From Planktothrix sp. GU0601_MAG3 (GTDB lineage Bacteria > Cyanobacteriota > Cyanobacteriia > Cyanobacteriales > Microcoleaceae), in NCBI GenBank assembly GCA_035193785.1, contig CP136572.1:3349376-3413375 (forward strand): 64,000 nt of DNA, given 5' to 3'. The position numbers and the translations under genes were made by a program. Shown here piece by piece: positions 21,123-32,709 of this stretch; positions within the stretch are counted from its first letter, which is position 1, and each line of letters starts with the position of its first letter. The notes beneath the pieces are model-generated. The model made no database searches. It saw nothing but the letters and a program-made list of their open reading frames with translations, and was not told the origin of the DNA.

Positions 21123-21573
21123 ATGTTTAAATATCCTATTTTAGCCTTAGCGACCCTGGTGGCGACTCTGGGTGTCGGGTTGAGTTCTCCGAGTATTGCT
21201 CAACTATTTGACCAGACATCATCACCATCGGACTCGAATGTACAAGCAAAAGTTGATCCGAGTCAATTGATTACGGTCAGACTGCGGAATAAAACCAATC
21301 AAACCCTAGTTTATGCCTTAGCCAATGATCATTCCCAATGGTTAGCACCTGGTAAAGTAAAACTGAAGAATTTTTAGTCAAAGTCGGAGGTCAACCCGGA
21401 GAAACCAGCACGATTTTCATTAATAAACCGGACAATACTTATCCCTTAATTTATAATTTCCAAGTTGTTCCTAAAAATATATTAACCGTTGAAATCAGTC
21501 CCACCAGTGCAGATAATCCCAGCCAAAAACGCACGATTTATATTGATGAACGAGGAAAAGTTTATTCTTTTTA
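21123..21573 (+). CDS. small secreted hypothetical protein. The frame is broken near 21370 (T5 run). The 3' end is partly duplicated downstream, beyond a MITE-like insertion
   Basis: N-terminal signal peptide MFKYPILALATLVATLGVGLSSPSIAQ. After the stop at 21377 an open frame continues VKVGGQPGETSTIF...IYIDERGKVYSF. A 50 bp copy of the tail (...AKNPRFILMNRGNFILL-like: agccaaaaacccacgatttatattgatgaatagggg) recurs at 21658-21710. Confidence 0.4.
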
Positions 21574-21587
21574 ATCAGTCATCAGTT

Positions 21588-21649
21588 GTAGGGGCGGGTT
21601 TCATCGAGATTTAGGTAATTAGCTCATATCTAACAGAACCCGCCCTTAC
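21588..21649. repeat. MITE-like hairpin element copy 2 (GTAGGGGCGGGTT...AACCCGCCCTTAC), inserted at the 3' end of the secreted-protein gene
   Basis: Same terminal inverted repeats as 13293..13356. Confidence 0.7.
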
Positions 21650-21726
21650 AAGATTAGCCAAAAACCCACGATTTATATTGATGAATAGGGGAAACTTTAT
21701 TCTTTTGAATGAGCAAATAAAAGAGA

Positions 21727-21752
21727 GAGAGACGCGCCGTGGCACGTCTCTA
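21727..21752. repeat. 26 bp palindrome family copy 4 (GAGAGACGCGCCGTGGCACGTCTCTA), 5 nt after the ppc stop (minus strand)
   Basis: Seen directly. Confidence 0.8.
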
Positions 21753-21757
21753 CAAGA

Positions 21758-24700
21758 TCAGCCTGTATTTCGCATTCCGGCGGCAATTCCGTTAATGGTT
21801 AATAGGGCACCTCGGAGTAATTCACCTTTGCTATAACGGGAATGGACAACACCCGAAGCCATGGATTTGCCATGTTGACGTAACCGTTTTAACAAGGCCA
21901 CCTGTAATAAACCTAAAGGAATAATCGTGGCATTGCGTAACTGTACCGAACGCTGTAAGACTGGATCATCTTCTAATAGTCGTTGATGTCCGGTGATTTC
22001 TTGGACTAACTCCACGGTGAGATAGTATTCGGCGAGGATTTGTTGGAATAATAGCTCAAACCGTTCGAGATCATCGGGATGACTTAACTCCCGGACGTAG
22101 TGATGGGCTATTTCCATATCTACTTTAGCCAAGGTCATTTCCGTCTTAGAAATCAACACTTTAAAGAATGGCCATTTGACGTAGAAATACCGCAGGAGTT
22201 TGAGATTTTCCTGGGGTTCCTCGTTAATAAATGTCTGTAAAGCGGTTCCCACACCATACCAAGAAGGCAGTAAAAAACGGCTCTGAGTCCAGCTAAATAC
22301 CCAGGGAATCGCCCTTAAACCAGAAATATCCTTTTTCTTATCCCCACTGCGACGGGCGGGGCGAGAACTGATTTGTAGTTGGCTAATTTCTTGGATGGGG
22401 GTGACTTGATGGAAGAATTCGGGTAAATCGGGTTCTTCATAAATTAAAGCCCGATAGTGCTCCCGCGATCGCATCGATAACTCCTCCATAATTTGATTCC
22501 AGGGATCAATCTCATCAAAGCCGTTATGGAGGAGACTGGCTTGGATGGCCGCGGTGGTGACACTTTCCAAATTAAATAAAGCCAACTGCGGGAGAGAATA
22601 TTTAGACGCCAGGACTTCCCCCTGTTCCGTAATTTTAATCCGGCCATTAATACTGCGGCCAGGTTGAGCCAAAACCGCTTTATAGGCTGGGCCACCCCCT
22701 CGACCCACCGAACCCCCGCGTCCGTGGAAGATTCGCAGACCGACCTTATAGGATTCAGACACTTTCTGTAAGGCTTTTTGGGCTTTATGAATTTCCCAGT
22801 TACTACTCAAGAAACCCGAATCTTTATTACTATCGGAGTACCCTAACATAATCTCTTGTAAAGACAGATCCGGATCTTGACTTACGAGTTTATATTGTTC
22901 ATAACCCCCGGCTAACATTGCCCGATATAAAGGTAATTCAAACAAGGTAGTCATAACTCGGGGAGCGCGTTTGAGATCCTCTACCGTTTCAAATAGAGGA
23001 ACAACAATAACATTCCCAATTCCGGTGGCTGGATCATAAAGTCCGGCTTCTTTTGCCAAGAGTAATACTTCCAGTAAATCACTGGCTTCATTACTCATAC
23101 TAATAATATAGGTTTGGCAAATTTCCGGCCCAAATTCCTGTTGTAACTCCCGCATTACCCTAAAGGTGGTGATAGTTTCGCAGGTTTTTTCAGAAAACGG
23201 TAATTCAGCCGGAATTAAAGGGCGACGGGTTTGGAGTTCCGTTGCTAACCAAAGACATCTTTCTGCTTCTGAAAGCTCGGTGTAGGGTTTGGGTAAAACT
23301 TGCAAATAGTTAGTAACTTCGTTTAGAGCATTACAATGAATCGAAGACTCCTGACGCATATCTAACCGCGCTAAACTAAACCCAAAAACCTCCACCTGAC
23401 AGATCAGATTTTCCAGTTCCTGACAGTTCATTCCCGTTTCCTCTAGGTTGCGTTGAATCATTTTCAACTCCACCAAGAATTCATTCCCCGAGCGGTATAA
23501 CTTAATCGCTTCATGGTCAGGAACTAGACGTTCTCGGATGCGAGACATCTCCGCATTATTGTACATTTGCCAATTGCGATCGCGGGTATTTTCCAATCGT
23601 TTTTGAACATAAGATAGTTTTAAACGATAGGGTTCTTGACGATAGCGAATGGCGGTTTGATCATAGATATCAGGTAATTGTCCTTGATCTCGATCCAAAG
23701 ATTCTAATAATTCTGGAAGAACCTCACTCCAATGTAAGGATAAACTCAATAACCGACTCAGGCGCTTGACCGCTTCAATATATTTTTCTAGGACAATATG
23801 ACGCTGATAACAAGCGGTTTTCCAAGTCACTTCCGGTGTCACCGATGGATTTCCGTCCCGATCTGAACCCACCCAAGATCCGAATTTACAGAAATCATGT
23901 TTGGGTAATTTCAGATAGGGAAAAGAAACATTTAAAGCGTGTTTTAAGCGCTTATAAAGTTGAGGAATGGTATCAAATATAACTTCCTGAAAATAGTGCA
24001 GGGAATAATCTACCTCATCCAGAAAACCGTTGGTTTAAATTGGTGTAGTTCATCGGTACGCCACCACAGCCGAATTTCTTCGGTCAAGTTTTCATGGAGT
24101 TCTTCTGTCCATTCGGACATAATCGAAGACTCTCCTAGCTCCTCAGTTCTGAGTCCACCAAAACTTTCATCAACTTGATCGAGTTGTTCTAGGATAGTGG
24201 CAATACGACGCTGTTTGGTTCTAATTGTATGGCGAACAATTTCCGTCGGGTGGGCGGTAAATACCATCCGCACATCCAATTGATCTAATAATCTTTGGAT
24301 CTTTTGGGCGGGAACATTTAACTGTCTGAGCATCGGAAACAGGGAATGGAAAGTAGCCAACTCCCGATCCTGTTCGCTGTAATTGGTAACATTGGTTAGG
24401 GGTAGTGGACTTTCTTCTTGATCGGAAAAACGTTGATTCCGAGCCTCAAAAGTAGACATGGATTTTACCGGGGAGACGGGTAACTTTCCTTTGCCTTTTC
24501 CATGGTTATAAGCAATTTGCTGTTCCCGTTGTTCATAGTGCTGTTCAACAATATTAATCAGTTGAAAATATAAGGCAAATCCCCGGGCGGCACGAATGGC
24601 TTCGTTAATATCAAGTTGTTCAATTAACTTGAGCGCATCCGATCCTTGGAATTCTTCAGCTTGCCCTTCGGGTGAGGTCATTGATGCTAACTTATGGAGT

Positions 24701-24864
24701 AAGTCCACCAGTTGTTGGCCGCACTCTTGACAAAGGACGGACTCCCAGACGTCCTCTATGATCTTGAGACGATTGCGTAAAAATAAATCCGAAGTAGTGG
24801 TTGGCGGGTTTGATGAAACGACCGTGTTTGGAGCCTGTTCGGAAGATTGGAGCAGTGAACTCAT
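21758..24864 (-). CDS. ppc: phosphoenolpyruvate carboxylase. The frame is broken at ~24020-24027 (cGGTTTTCTGg, two extra T); the ORF track shows 21758..23872 and 24010..24864
   Basis: VFTAHPTE motif. [14 protein letters not shown] motif. C-terminal [15 protein letters not shown]. Removing two T joins ...[23 protein letters not shown]...[14 protein letters not shown]. Confidence 0.9.
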
Positions 24865-25378
24865 AATGGTCTGTTCCTGTGTTGCAAGAATATCAAGTTA
24901 TTGTATTGCCTAGTTTCTCCTAAAACACGGAACTTTGCAGTCAAATCTGTCACCGTTCTCTATTCTATTTTTTGTCTGCTATTCGGAAAATGCAGAATTG
25001 GAAGGCGATCCCCCCGGAAAATTTCTTCGCTGTTGGTGCTGAGGTTCAGTATCAGATCATGGAACACCTTTGTCCCTAATGCAGCTATTAATAGGGGTGC
25101 GGTAGTCAAACTAACCAAACACTCTTGGGGAAAAGTCATGGGGTTGGGACTTTTAGCCGGATAATTATTGCTGGGGGTGGGTTGCATAGATAATTAATTT
25201 GTGTCGCATCGCAACAACGGGGAGTTGTTCCAAACTTTGGACGAATCATGCCAAAATTGTAGTCGAATTATAACATAGAGTTTCCCATTCGGTGAACTAC
25301 GGGATTAACCCCGGAAATTGGAGTTCAATGGGGATGAAATTCACGAATCGGGCCGTTTGGTAGGGGTAGGGAGTTGAC

Positions 25379-28300
25379 TTGAAGGCTAATAAAACAGTTT
25401 TAACCGGAGAGGGTTTAGCTTTAACCCAATGGGCAGAAGAAGCCGTTGGACTTGCGGATGTGCAGGTTCAGATTCGTTTGCGTGGCAATCATTTACACGT
25501 TCTGTGTGAAGCACCCATCAGTCCCGATGAAAAAATCGCCACATCTAATTTTTCTAGTGCCTTAACCCAAAGGAATCTAACGGCCTTACTCCCGCCGAAT
25601 CAACCGATCTACAAGATTTTTTTATCCGGTCGCAGTTTGGGGGCGGCCCGACCGGATTGGACAGTCAAGCTCGAATACACGGAATTACAATTTCAGGGGG
25701 CTTCTGCCCAACCCCCTAAGTCCGTTGAAAGCTCCCCAGCAGCCGTTTCCCAACCTGTTACTGAGCAGAAACACAACCCCTTAACAAAAATTGCTGGCCT
25801 TTTTAGACGCCCTCAACTCGCCCCTGTAAACGGAGCAGGGGGAGCAGGGGGAGCAGGGGGAGTAGGGGGAGCGGGGGAGGCAGGGGGAGTAGGGGGAGTA
25901 GGGGGAGCAGGGGGGGTAGGGGGAGCGGGGGAGGCAGGGGGAGTAGGGGGAGCAGGGGAAGTAGGGGGAGCAGGGGGAGTAGGGGGAGCAGAGGGAGCAG
26001 GGGGAGTAGGGGGAGCAGGGGAAGTAGGGGGAGCAGAGGGAGCAGGGGGAGTAGGGGGGGATGAGGAGACGATTTCACCTGAACCAGAACCATTTTCCTC
26101 CCTCGCCGATGAGGGGCTTGCCTTCACTTCTATGCCTATGGAGTTTAATACTCTGGGGGAGGAAGCACCGGAAGCGGTGGGAGTGTCCTCCCTGGCTGAC
26201 GACTCACCATCGGCGCAAGTATCAACCAATCCTGAACCATTAACCGTCAATGACCCACCATCGGCGCAAGTATTAACAATTAACCCTCAACCATCAACGG
26301 TTACAGCTATTGAGGTGTCAACGGAAAGTTTGGCGCGTCAGGGATATCCCGATGCGATCGCCAGCTACCTCAGCGAAATTTTAGGGGGATTGGGGGTTGG
26401 GGTGAAGGTGACGATTCGGGAAAAATCCCCGAAGGGGAAAAAAACCGAAGCCCTACCAGAAACAAATCCATCGGGTCGGCGGCTGTGGGTGTTGTGTGAA
26501 TCGGCCTATAGTCCCGATCCCTCCCTATTAGCCGAACCCATTGCTCAACGGTTGCGACAGTTGCAGCTTGAAGGGTTCCGGGATGCTTGTATTTTGTTGC
26601 AAGTCCAAGGGGAATCTACCCCCGACTGGATGTTACGGATTGATTTAACCCCACCGGATCGGATTCTTAAACAGTGGGGACGCTGGGGAGATGAACAGGC
26701 GATCGCCCGCTTACTGAATGACAAATTGATTCAATTGCAGGTGGAAGTCCGAACTACCTTGAAAGAATCCACCCTGCATCTATTCTGTACAGACGTGTCC
26801 GGGCGCGTCTCTACTCAACCGAACGGTGCAACCAAAAGCCGCAGGCGTCAGGTGCCCGATAAACAGGCGGTGATGGATATTGTTGTCCCCCTATTGGATA
26901 TCCTGGCTCCCCAAGGGATTTGCGCCGCCACGGTCTATGGTTTAGAAACCACCACCACCCAAGCTAAACCGGGGGCTCCGATTTGGGTGGATTGGTTAAA
27001 TTTACCCGCCGCCCAACATTCTGACCTCCAGCCCTCGACCCTAACCTTAGCGGAACAGGGCAATATTCATGCCTTACGCTTTGTTCTGAGTCGTTTAATT
27101 AATCCCGATTTAGAGCTAAAACTGGCCACCGGGGGCATTCGGGTACTGTTATTACAAAAGGCTGAATTACTGCACGTTATGACCGAGGGGGCCACTTGTC
27201 CGTCCCAGTCTCAGGTGGCCCCGATGATTGCTCAATTTTTGCGCAGCCATCGGATTAGTGGTATTTCCGGGGTGAGAATTTATGGCCGTCGTTCAGGACA
27301 AAAACTGCCTCTCTGGCGCTACGGGATTTATTTAAAAACCAGTCAACCGGATACTGTCCCCTCTGCCTTACCCGATTTTGTTAGTCCCCCAGAGGAAGGC
27401 GAAACCCTGGGAGACAAGTCATCCCTACCCGATGGTTTAGTCCTGCGTCCTGACCTAAACCTGGAGCATCTGGAGGTCGATGTTTCCCGACCCTCAAATC
27501 TGCTCTATCCCAATTGGCGAGAGGTTTTAGATCGGGGGGCTGAAGTTTTAGCTCAAGGATTGATCTCGACCCGGTTATTTACCCCCCGGGTGGCAATGAT
27601 GGTTTCCCGACCCAGCAAAACCCACCGTTATCAAAAAATTGCCTTAGCTTTAGTTTGGGCAACCTTGGGGGGATTATTTGTTGTACAGGCAGATAAAATC
27701 CTGGGGGAATTGTTGGGGGAAATTCCCATGAATGGGGTCGGGGAAATGGTAATTACTACTGATAATCCCGGTAATTTAGAGGAAAAAAACTCGGAAATTA
27801 TCGTCGCATCAGATATTACGGAAAGTCAGAAAAATGCGAAAGAAAATGATGTCTTTAATGGAAGTAATTTTGTTTCTTCCACGGTCAAACCTTCCAAATG
27901 TAATTTGTCTGATACAAAATTAGGGTTGGAAGCCTGTAAGTTAGCTCAATTTCTTTATCCCACTTTTAAAAGCCCCCAATTAGATGAACAGTTGACTCGA
28001 TATCAGCATTTTATTTTAACGGAAAAACGCCCCCCGGATATTATGATTATTGGGAGTTCTAGGGCTTTACGGGGAATTGATCCAGAGGTTTTAGAAACTG
28101 AGTTAAAATCCCGGGGTTATGGAAAATTAAAAGTTTATAATTTTGGGGTGAATGGGGCAACTTTACAAATCGTTGATTTAATTATTCGTCAGATTTTACC
28201 CCCGGAACAATTGCCTAAGTTAATTATTCTGGCCGATGGGGTACGCGCCCTCAATAGTGGCCGAGTTGATCGAACTTATGAAACTATTTCTGCCTCGGAA

Positions 28301-29041
28301 GGTTATCAACAAATTTCTCAGGGAACATTTCAGATTCAACCTCAAATTGAGCAGAAGCAGCAATCTATCCTAGGTTGGCAATCTAATTTAGGGAGTTTAG
28401 CTAAAAAATTTCATCAAGGAGAGTTGAATTTTGGGGAGTTTCAAACGGAATTAAATCAACAGTTTGTCGGCTATTCACAAGTTTATGGAAAACGCGATCG
28501 CCTACAATTTCTGTTACAGTCTATAGTCAGGGGAGAAGGGTTTAAAAACCAAATTAAATCCCCCGTGGATGAAGCCGAACCTTTTAATGATCAATCACTG
28601 AAAACCTCTGAGTTTTTACCCAGTGGATTTTTACCCCTATCGACTCAGTTTATTCCTGAAGTTTATTATAAAAATCATTCTCAAGTTTCTGGTTATTATG
28701 ATGGAGACTATCAAGGGTTTGAATTAGAGGGAAAACAAACCACGGCTTTAAAAAATCTGATTGAATATGTAGACTCTAAAAATATTGATTTGGTGTTTGT
28801 TAATATGCCCCTAACCCAAGATTATTTGGATCAAATTCGGATGGCTTACGAACAAAAATTCAGGGATTTTATGAACTCTATTAGTCAAGAAACGGGACTC
28901 ACTTTTATTGATTTATCCAACGAATGGTTACAAAATTATAATTATTTTTCTGATCCAAGTCACCTAAATCAATCTGGTGCGGTGGTTGTTTCTCAAAAGT
29001 TAGTTGAACTGGATCAAATTCCATGGCCGAGGAGAAAGTAG
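25379..29041 (+). CDS. large hypothetical multidomain protein (1220 aa): four internal ~80 aa repeats, a Gly/Ala-rich low-complexity stretch, and a C-terminal SGNH/GDSL-hydrolase-like domain
   Basis: Repeated modules ([21 protein letters not shown]; [14 protein letters not shown]; [12 protein letters not shown]; [18 protein letters not shown]). (GAGGVGG)n region at 25810-26070. C-terminal blocks [18 protein letters not shown] and DPSHLN resemble SGNH blocks I, III and V. Confidence 0.65.
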   Translation: MKANKTVLTGEGLALTQWAEEAVGLADVQVQIRLRGNHLHVLCEAPISPDEKIATSNFSSALTQRNLTALLPPNQPIYKIFLSGRSLGAARPDWTVKLEYTELQFQGASAQPPKSVESSPAAVSQPVTEQKHNPLTKIAGLFRRPQLAPVNGAGGAGGAGGVGGAGEAGGVGGVGGAGGVGGAGEAGGVGGAGEVGGAGGVGGAEGAGGVGGAGEVGGAEGAGGVGGDEETISPEPEPFSSLADEGLAFTSMPMEFNTLGEEAPEAVGVSSLADDSPSAQVSTNPEPLTVNDPPSAQVLTINPQPSTVTAIEVSTESLARQGYPDAIASYLSEILGGLGVGVKVTIREKSPKGKKTEALPETNPSGRRLWVLCESAYSPDPSLLAEPIAQRLRQLQLEGFRDACILLQVQGESTPDWMLRIDLTPPDRILKQWGRWGDEQAIARLLNDKLIQLQVEVRTTLKESTLHLFCTDVSGRVSTQPNGATKSRRRQVPDKQAVMDIVVPLLDILAPQGICAATVYGLETTTTQAKPGAPIWVDWLNLPAAQHSDLQPSTLTLAEQGNIHALRFVLSRLINPDLELKLATGGIRVLLLQKAELLHVMTEGATCPSQSQVAPMIAQFLRSHRISGISGVRIYGRRSGQKLPLWRYGIYLKTSQPDTVPSALPDFVSPPEEGETLGDKSSLPDGLVLRPDLNLEHLEVDVSRPSNLLYPNWREVLDRGAEVLAQGLISTRLFTPRVAMMVSRPSKTHRYQKIALALVWATLGGLFVVQADKILGELLGEIPMNGVGEMVITTDNPGNLEEKNSEIIVASDITESQKNAKENDVFNGSNFVSSTVKPSKCNLSDTKLGLEACKLAQFLYPTFKSPQLDEQLTRYQHFILTEKRPPDIMIIGSSRALRGIDPEVLETELKSRGYGKLKVYNFGVNGATLQIVDLIIRQILPPEQLPKLIILADGVRALNSGRVDRTYETISASEGYQQISQGTFQIQPQIEQKQQSILGWQSNLGSLAKKFHQGELNFGEFQTELNQQFVGYSQVYGKRDRLQFLLQSIVRGEGFKNQIKSPVDEAEPFNDQSLKTSEFLPSGFLPLSTQFIPEVYYKNHSQVSGYYDGDYQGFELEGKQTTALKNLIEYVDSKNIDLVFVNMPLTQDYLDQIRMAYEQKFRDFMNSISQETGLTFIDLSNEWLQNYNYFSDPSHLNQSGAVVVSQKLVELDQIPWPRRK
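25810..26070. repeat. G-rich dodecamer tandem repeat (GGGGGAGCAGGG/GGGGGAGTAGGG) embedded in the CDS, encoding (GAGGVGG)n
   Basis: The same nucleotide repeat family occurs non-coding at 35053..35104 and 51717..51795 on the opposite strand. Confidence 0.8.
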
Positions 29042-29160
29042 GGAATTCGGATCGTGAATTGATTAATCTGCGTAAAACTGCAAACTTTCTTAACAAAAAC
29101 AGTTACATACCCTCCCATAATTTGTCACAATAGAAGTATTTAAACGGTTATTCCGTACCT

Positions 29161-29773
29161 GTGAACCCCATGATGATGACGCTCTATCTATTCTGTCTTA
29201 CCATTGGCGGGGGTTTTGTGATTTTGTCCGCCTTTGCTGGACTTGACGGGATCGATTTTGATACTCATTTTGACATGGATGTGGAACTGTCTGAACCCGC
29301 GAAGGATTCGGGAACTCTCACATCCAGAAACCCATCGAAAATCCCCTAAACCATCGTTTCACTTACCCTTTTTAACTTTACGATTTTGGACGTTTGGTAG
29401 TTGTTTTTTTGGCTTAACCGGATTTGTTTTAACAAAACTTAATCCTCTCCTCCCTCCGGCGGTGATTTTTGCGATTTCTCTGGGAATTGGAGTTAGCTTT
29501 GGAACCATAATTGTAGGAATTTTAGCCCGACTTCACCGACAACAAGCCAATAGTTTAATTCTATCTGAAGATCTGATTGGATTATGGGGAACCGTTGAAA
29601 TTCCCTTTGATCAAAATTGCAAAGGTAAAGTTCGATTATACCTGAAAGAATCCATGGTAGATGTTGTCGCCATTACAGAAGATACCCATAGCTTTGAAAA
29701 AGGGGATAAGGTTTTTGTCGTTGGTAGAAATCATAATAAGGTCTTAGTCATTTCTGAGGAAAACTTGAATTAA
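29161..29773 (+). CDS. NfeD-like membrane protein (short form, OB-fold C-terminus). The frame is broken at ~29325-29333 (ccaGAAACCc)
   Basis: N-terminal hydrophobic and acidic region (DGIDFDTHFDMDVE), transmembrane helices, and a C-terminal beta-rich domain (KGKVRLYLKESMVDVVAITED...VFVVGRNHNKVLVI). It sits immediately upstream of the flotillin genes, which is the canonical arrangement. Confidence 0.6.
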
Positions 29774-29896
29774 GGATTAAGATTGAGGAGAATCCCAAAA
29801 AGATCAAAGATAATAGAGAATTAATGCTCTCCCAATCCCCTAATTTTAATCCTGGGGATTTCTCGGTTCCCCTTTAACTGATTTATTGGAGTAGAA

Positions 29897-31228
29897 ATGA
29901 CCCAAAATTATATTCCCAAAATTCACAATTCACCGATGATTACGGAAGTTGCCCAAGTTCCTAACACGGATAATCCTCCTGACAATAGTTCTAGCAGTAT
30001 TGGAACTGCTTTACCCGTCGCCCTTTCTATTTTTGGTGTAATTGTTTTTCTGTGGTTTCTAAATACCTTTCTGCAAATTTGTAAACCTAATGAAATTTTG
30101 ATTTTATCCGGTCGTAAACGCCGGAATAAAGAGGGACAGGAACTAGGTTATCGGGTAATTTTTGGCGGTCGGACAATGTGTATTCCCATTTTAGAAACCG
30201 TTAAAACCATGGATTTACGCACAATGCCCGTGCGAGTGGAAATTAAAAATGCCTATTCTAAAGGAGGAACTCCGTTAAATATTCAAGCGATCGCTAATGT
30301 TAAAATATCTAATGATCGACAAATTGTGGGAAATGCGATTGAACGCTTTTTAGAGCGAGATCGTTCGGAAATTTCTCGGGTTGCTAAGGAAACCTTAGAA
30401 GGAAATTTACGCGGTGTTGTGGGAACTTTAACCCCAGAACAATTAAACGAAGACCGTCTACAATTTGCTGAAAGTATTGCCGAAGATGTTTCCCGGGATT
30501 TATCGAAATTAGGCCTACAATTAGATACTTTAAAAATCCAAAGTGTGTCCGATGATGTGGATTATCTTAACTCCATTGGTCGCCGTCAAATTGCCTTAAT
30601 TATTCGAGATGCGGAAATCGCCGAATCGAATGCTATGGCTGAAGCTGAACAAACTGAAGCCGACTGTCGGCGACAGGCAGAAGTGGCAAAAACCCAAGCC
30701 CAAACTATTGTTTTACAGAAGGGAAATGAACTGAGAAAAATCAAAGCTGAATTAGAACAACAAGCCCGTTCTGAGGAGGAAAGAACCACCGCCGCCGGGG
30801 AAGAAGCTCGGGCAAAAGCGGAACAATTATTGCAAACAGTTCGGGCAGAATTAGAGCGGTTACGGTTAGAATCCGATGAGGTTTTACCAGCCGATGCTCA
30901 ACGTCAAGCGCAGGAATTAAGAGCCCGAGGAGAGGCGGCTTCTTTAACCGAAAATGCTTTGGCGGCGGCGACAGTAACGGATTTATTAAATCAGGTTTGG
31001 CAGGAAACGGGCTCGGATGCTTCGGAATTATTTAATTTACAACAAATTGAAATGATTCTGCGGGAAGCGGCTAAGGTTCCTAACCGGGTGAAGTTACAAA
31101 ATATTAATGTTATTGATAGTGGGGATGGTAAATCCGTTGCGGGTGTGGTTAATATCTATCCTGAAATTTTTCGGCAGTTTTTGGAAACGGTTGAACATAT
31201 TTTGGGGGTGAAATTATCGGCAAAATAG
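29897..31228 (+). CDS. flotillin-like SPFH/band 7 protein (FloT/YuaG-like)
   Basis: N-terminal transmembrane segment, SPFH domain (ILILSGRKRR...NAYSKGGTPLNIQAIANVKI), and long Ala/Glu-rich coiled-coil flotillin repeats. Confidence 0.85.
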   Translation: MTQNYIPKIHNSPMITEVAQVPNTDNPPDNSSSSIGTALPVALSIFGVIVFLWFLNTFLQICKPNEILILSGRKRRNKEGQELGYRVIFGGRTMCIPILETVKTMDLRTMPVRVEIKNAYSKGGTPLNIQAIANVKISNDRQIVGNAIERFLERDRSEISRVAKETLEGNLRGVVGTLTPEQLNEDRLQFAESIAEDVSRDLSKLGLQLDTLKIQSVSDDVDYLNSIGRRQIALIIRDAEIAESNAMAEAEQTEADCRRQAEVAKTQAQTIVLQKGNELRKIKAELEQQARSEEERTTAAGEEARAKAEQLLQTVRAELERLRLESDEVLPADAQRQAQELRARGEAASLTENALAAATVTDLLNQVWQETGSDASELFNLQQIEMILREAAKVPNRVKLQNINVIDSGDGKSVAGVVNIYPEIFRQFLETVEHILGVKLSAK

Positions 31229-31291
31229 TATCTTTAAGATGGCGCTTAAGCGCAACAACGGCGCAACAACATATTTTAGGAGATTTTCAAC

Positions 31292-32609
31292 ATGGGAATT
31301 ATCATTGCCTTATTAGGGGTTTTGGGATTAGGAAACCGGGGCGGGATTTTTAATTATTCGCAACCTATACTATATTTGCCAACCCAGTGAAGTGTTGATT
31401 TTTGCTGGCAGTCGTAGCACTGTTGAAGGCGGAACAGACGTTGGTTATCGTTTGGTTAAGGGGGGAAGTAGTATTAGAATTCCTCTATTAGAAGATGCTT
31501 TTCGGATGGATTTAACCAATATGATTATTGAGTTAAAAGTCTCCAATGCCTATTCTAAAGGAGGCATTCCGTTAACCGTTGAAGGGGTGGCTAATATTAA
31601 AATTGCTGGGGAAGAACCAACTATTCATAATGCCATTGAACGGTTATTAGGAAAGAGTCGGAAGGAAATTGAACAATTAGCAAAAGATACCTTAGAAGGG
31701 AATTTACGCGGTGTTTTAGCCAGTTTAACCCCGGAACAGGTGAATGGGGATAAATTAGCTTTTGCTAAGAGTTTATTAGTGGAAGCAGAAGATGATTTAG
31801 AAAAGTTGGGGTTAGTGTTAGATACCTTGCAGGTTCAAAATATCTTTGATGAAGTGGGATATTTGGATTCTATTGGGAGAAAACAACGGGCAGATTTATT
31901 CCGAGATTCCCGAATTGCTGAGGCTAAAGCCCATGCAGAATCAATTATCCAAACCGCAGAAAATGAAAAAAATACTTCTTTGAAAAAGTTAGAAACGGAT
32001 ATTGAAGTTGCCAAAGCTGAGGCAGAAAGACGGGTTAAGGATGCCGTGACTAAACGACAGGCTGTAATTGCAGAATCGGAGTCGGAAACGGCTTCTAAGG
32101 TGGCAAAAACCCAGGCTCAGGTGTTAGTTCAGCAAGCCCGAATTAAGCAGGTCGAACAACAGTTACAGGCGGATGTCGTAGCACCGGCGGAGGCTCAGTG
32201 TAAACGGGCTATGGCGGAAGCAAAAGGGAATGCGTCTCAAATATTAGAAGCGGGAAAAGCTCAAGCGGAAGCAACTAAAAGATTAGCTGAATCTTGGAAG
32301 TTAGCGGGGTCAAATGCCCGGGAGATTTTCCTATATCAAAAATTAGAAGTATTGTTAAAAACTATTGTGGAAACTGTTCCTAAAGTGGAAGTGGATAATG
32401 TTACCATTGTCAATAGTCAGCAAGGAGGAAGCGCGACAAAGTTAGCCGCCTTTTTAACGGAATTGAAGCAAACCACTGGGATTGATTTGGCGGAAACTAT
32501 TGAAACTATGAGTCGAAATCATTCCCCATCCCAACCGATTCCTCCGATTGTCCCTCAACTGTTAAAATCAGTCTCTAAAAATTCCCCCGAATCTGATTTG
32601 GAAACCTAA
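31292..32609 (+). CDS. second flotillin-like SPFH protein (paralog of the upstream gene). The frame is broken at ~31331-31337 (aGGAAACCg) and the ORF track starts at 31392
   Basis: Removing one A gives MGIIIALLGVLGLGTGAGFLIIRNLYYICQPSEVLIFAGSRS, a transmembrane helix plus junction that parallels the first flotillin (FLQICKPNEILILSGRK). The rest of the SPFH and coiled-coil regions is homologous. Confidence 0.8.
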
Positions 32610-32709
32610 TTCTTTTGTAAATTAAACTGTAGGGGTGAGATATCCTCGCCCTGACTTTTAAGCTTAATAATCTGGATCTTAAGATAGCCCTGAAGGGCTT
32701 ACTACGGGG

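Noticed and set aside
25803-26250. Minus-strand ORFs encoding poly-(LLP) and poly-(PAPPTPPA) antisense to the G-rich repeat
   Set aside because: Antisense translation of a low-complexity repeat inside a long, well-supported plus-strand CDS.
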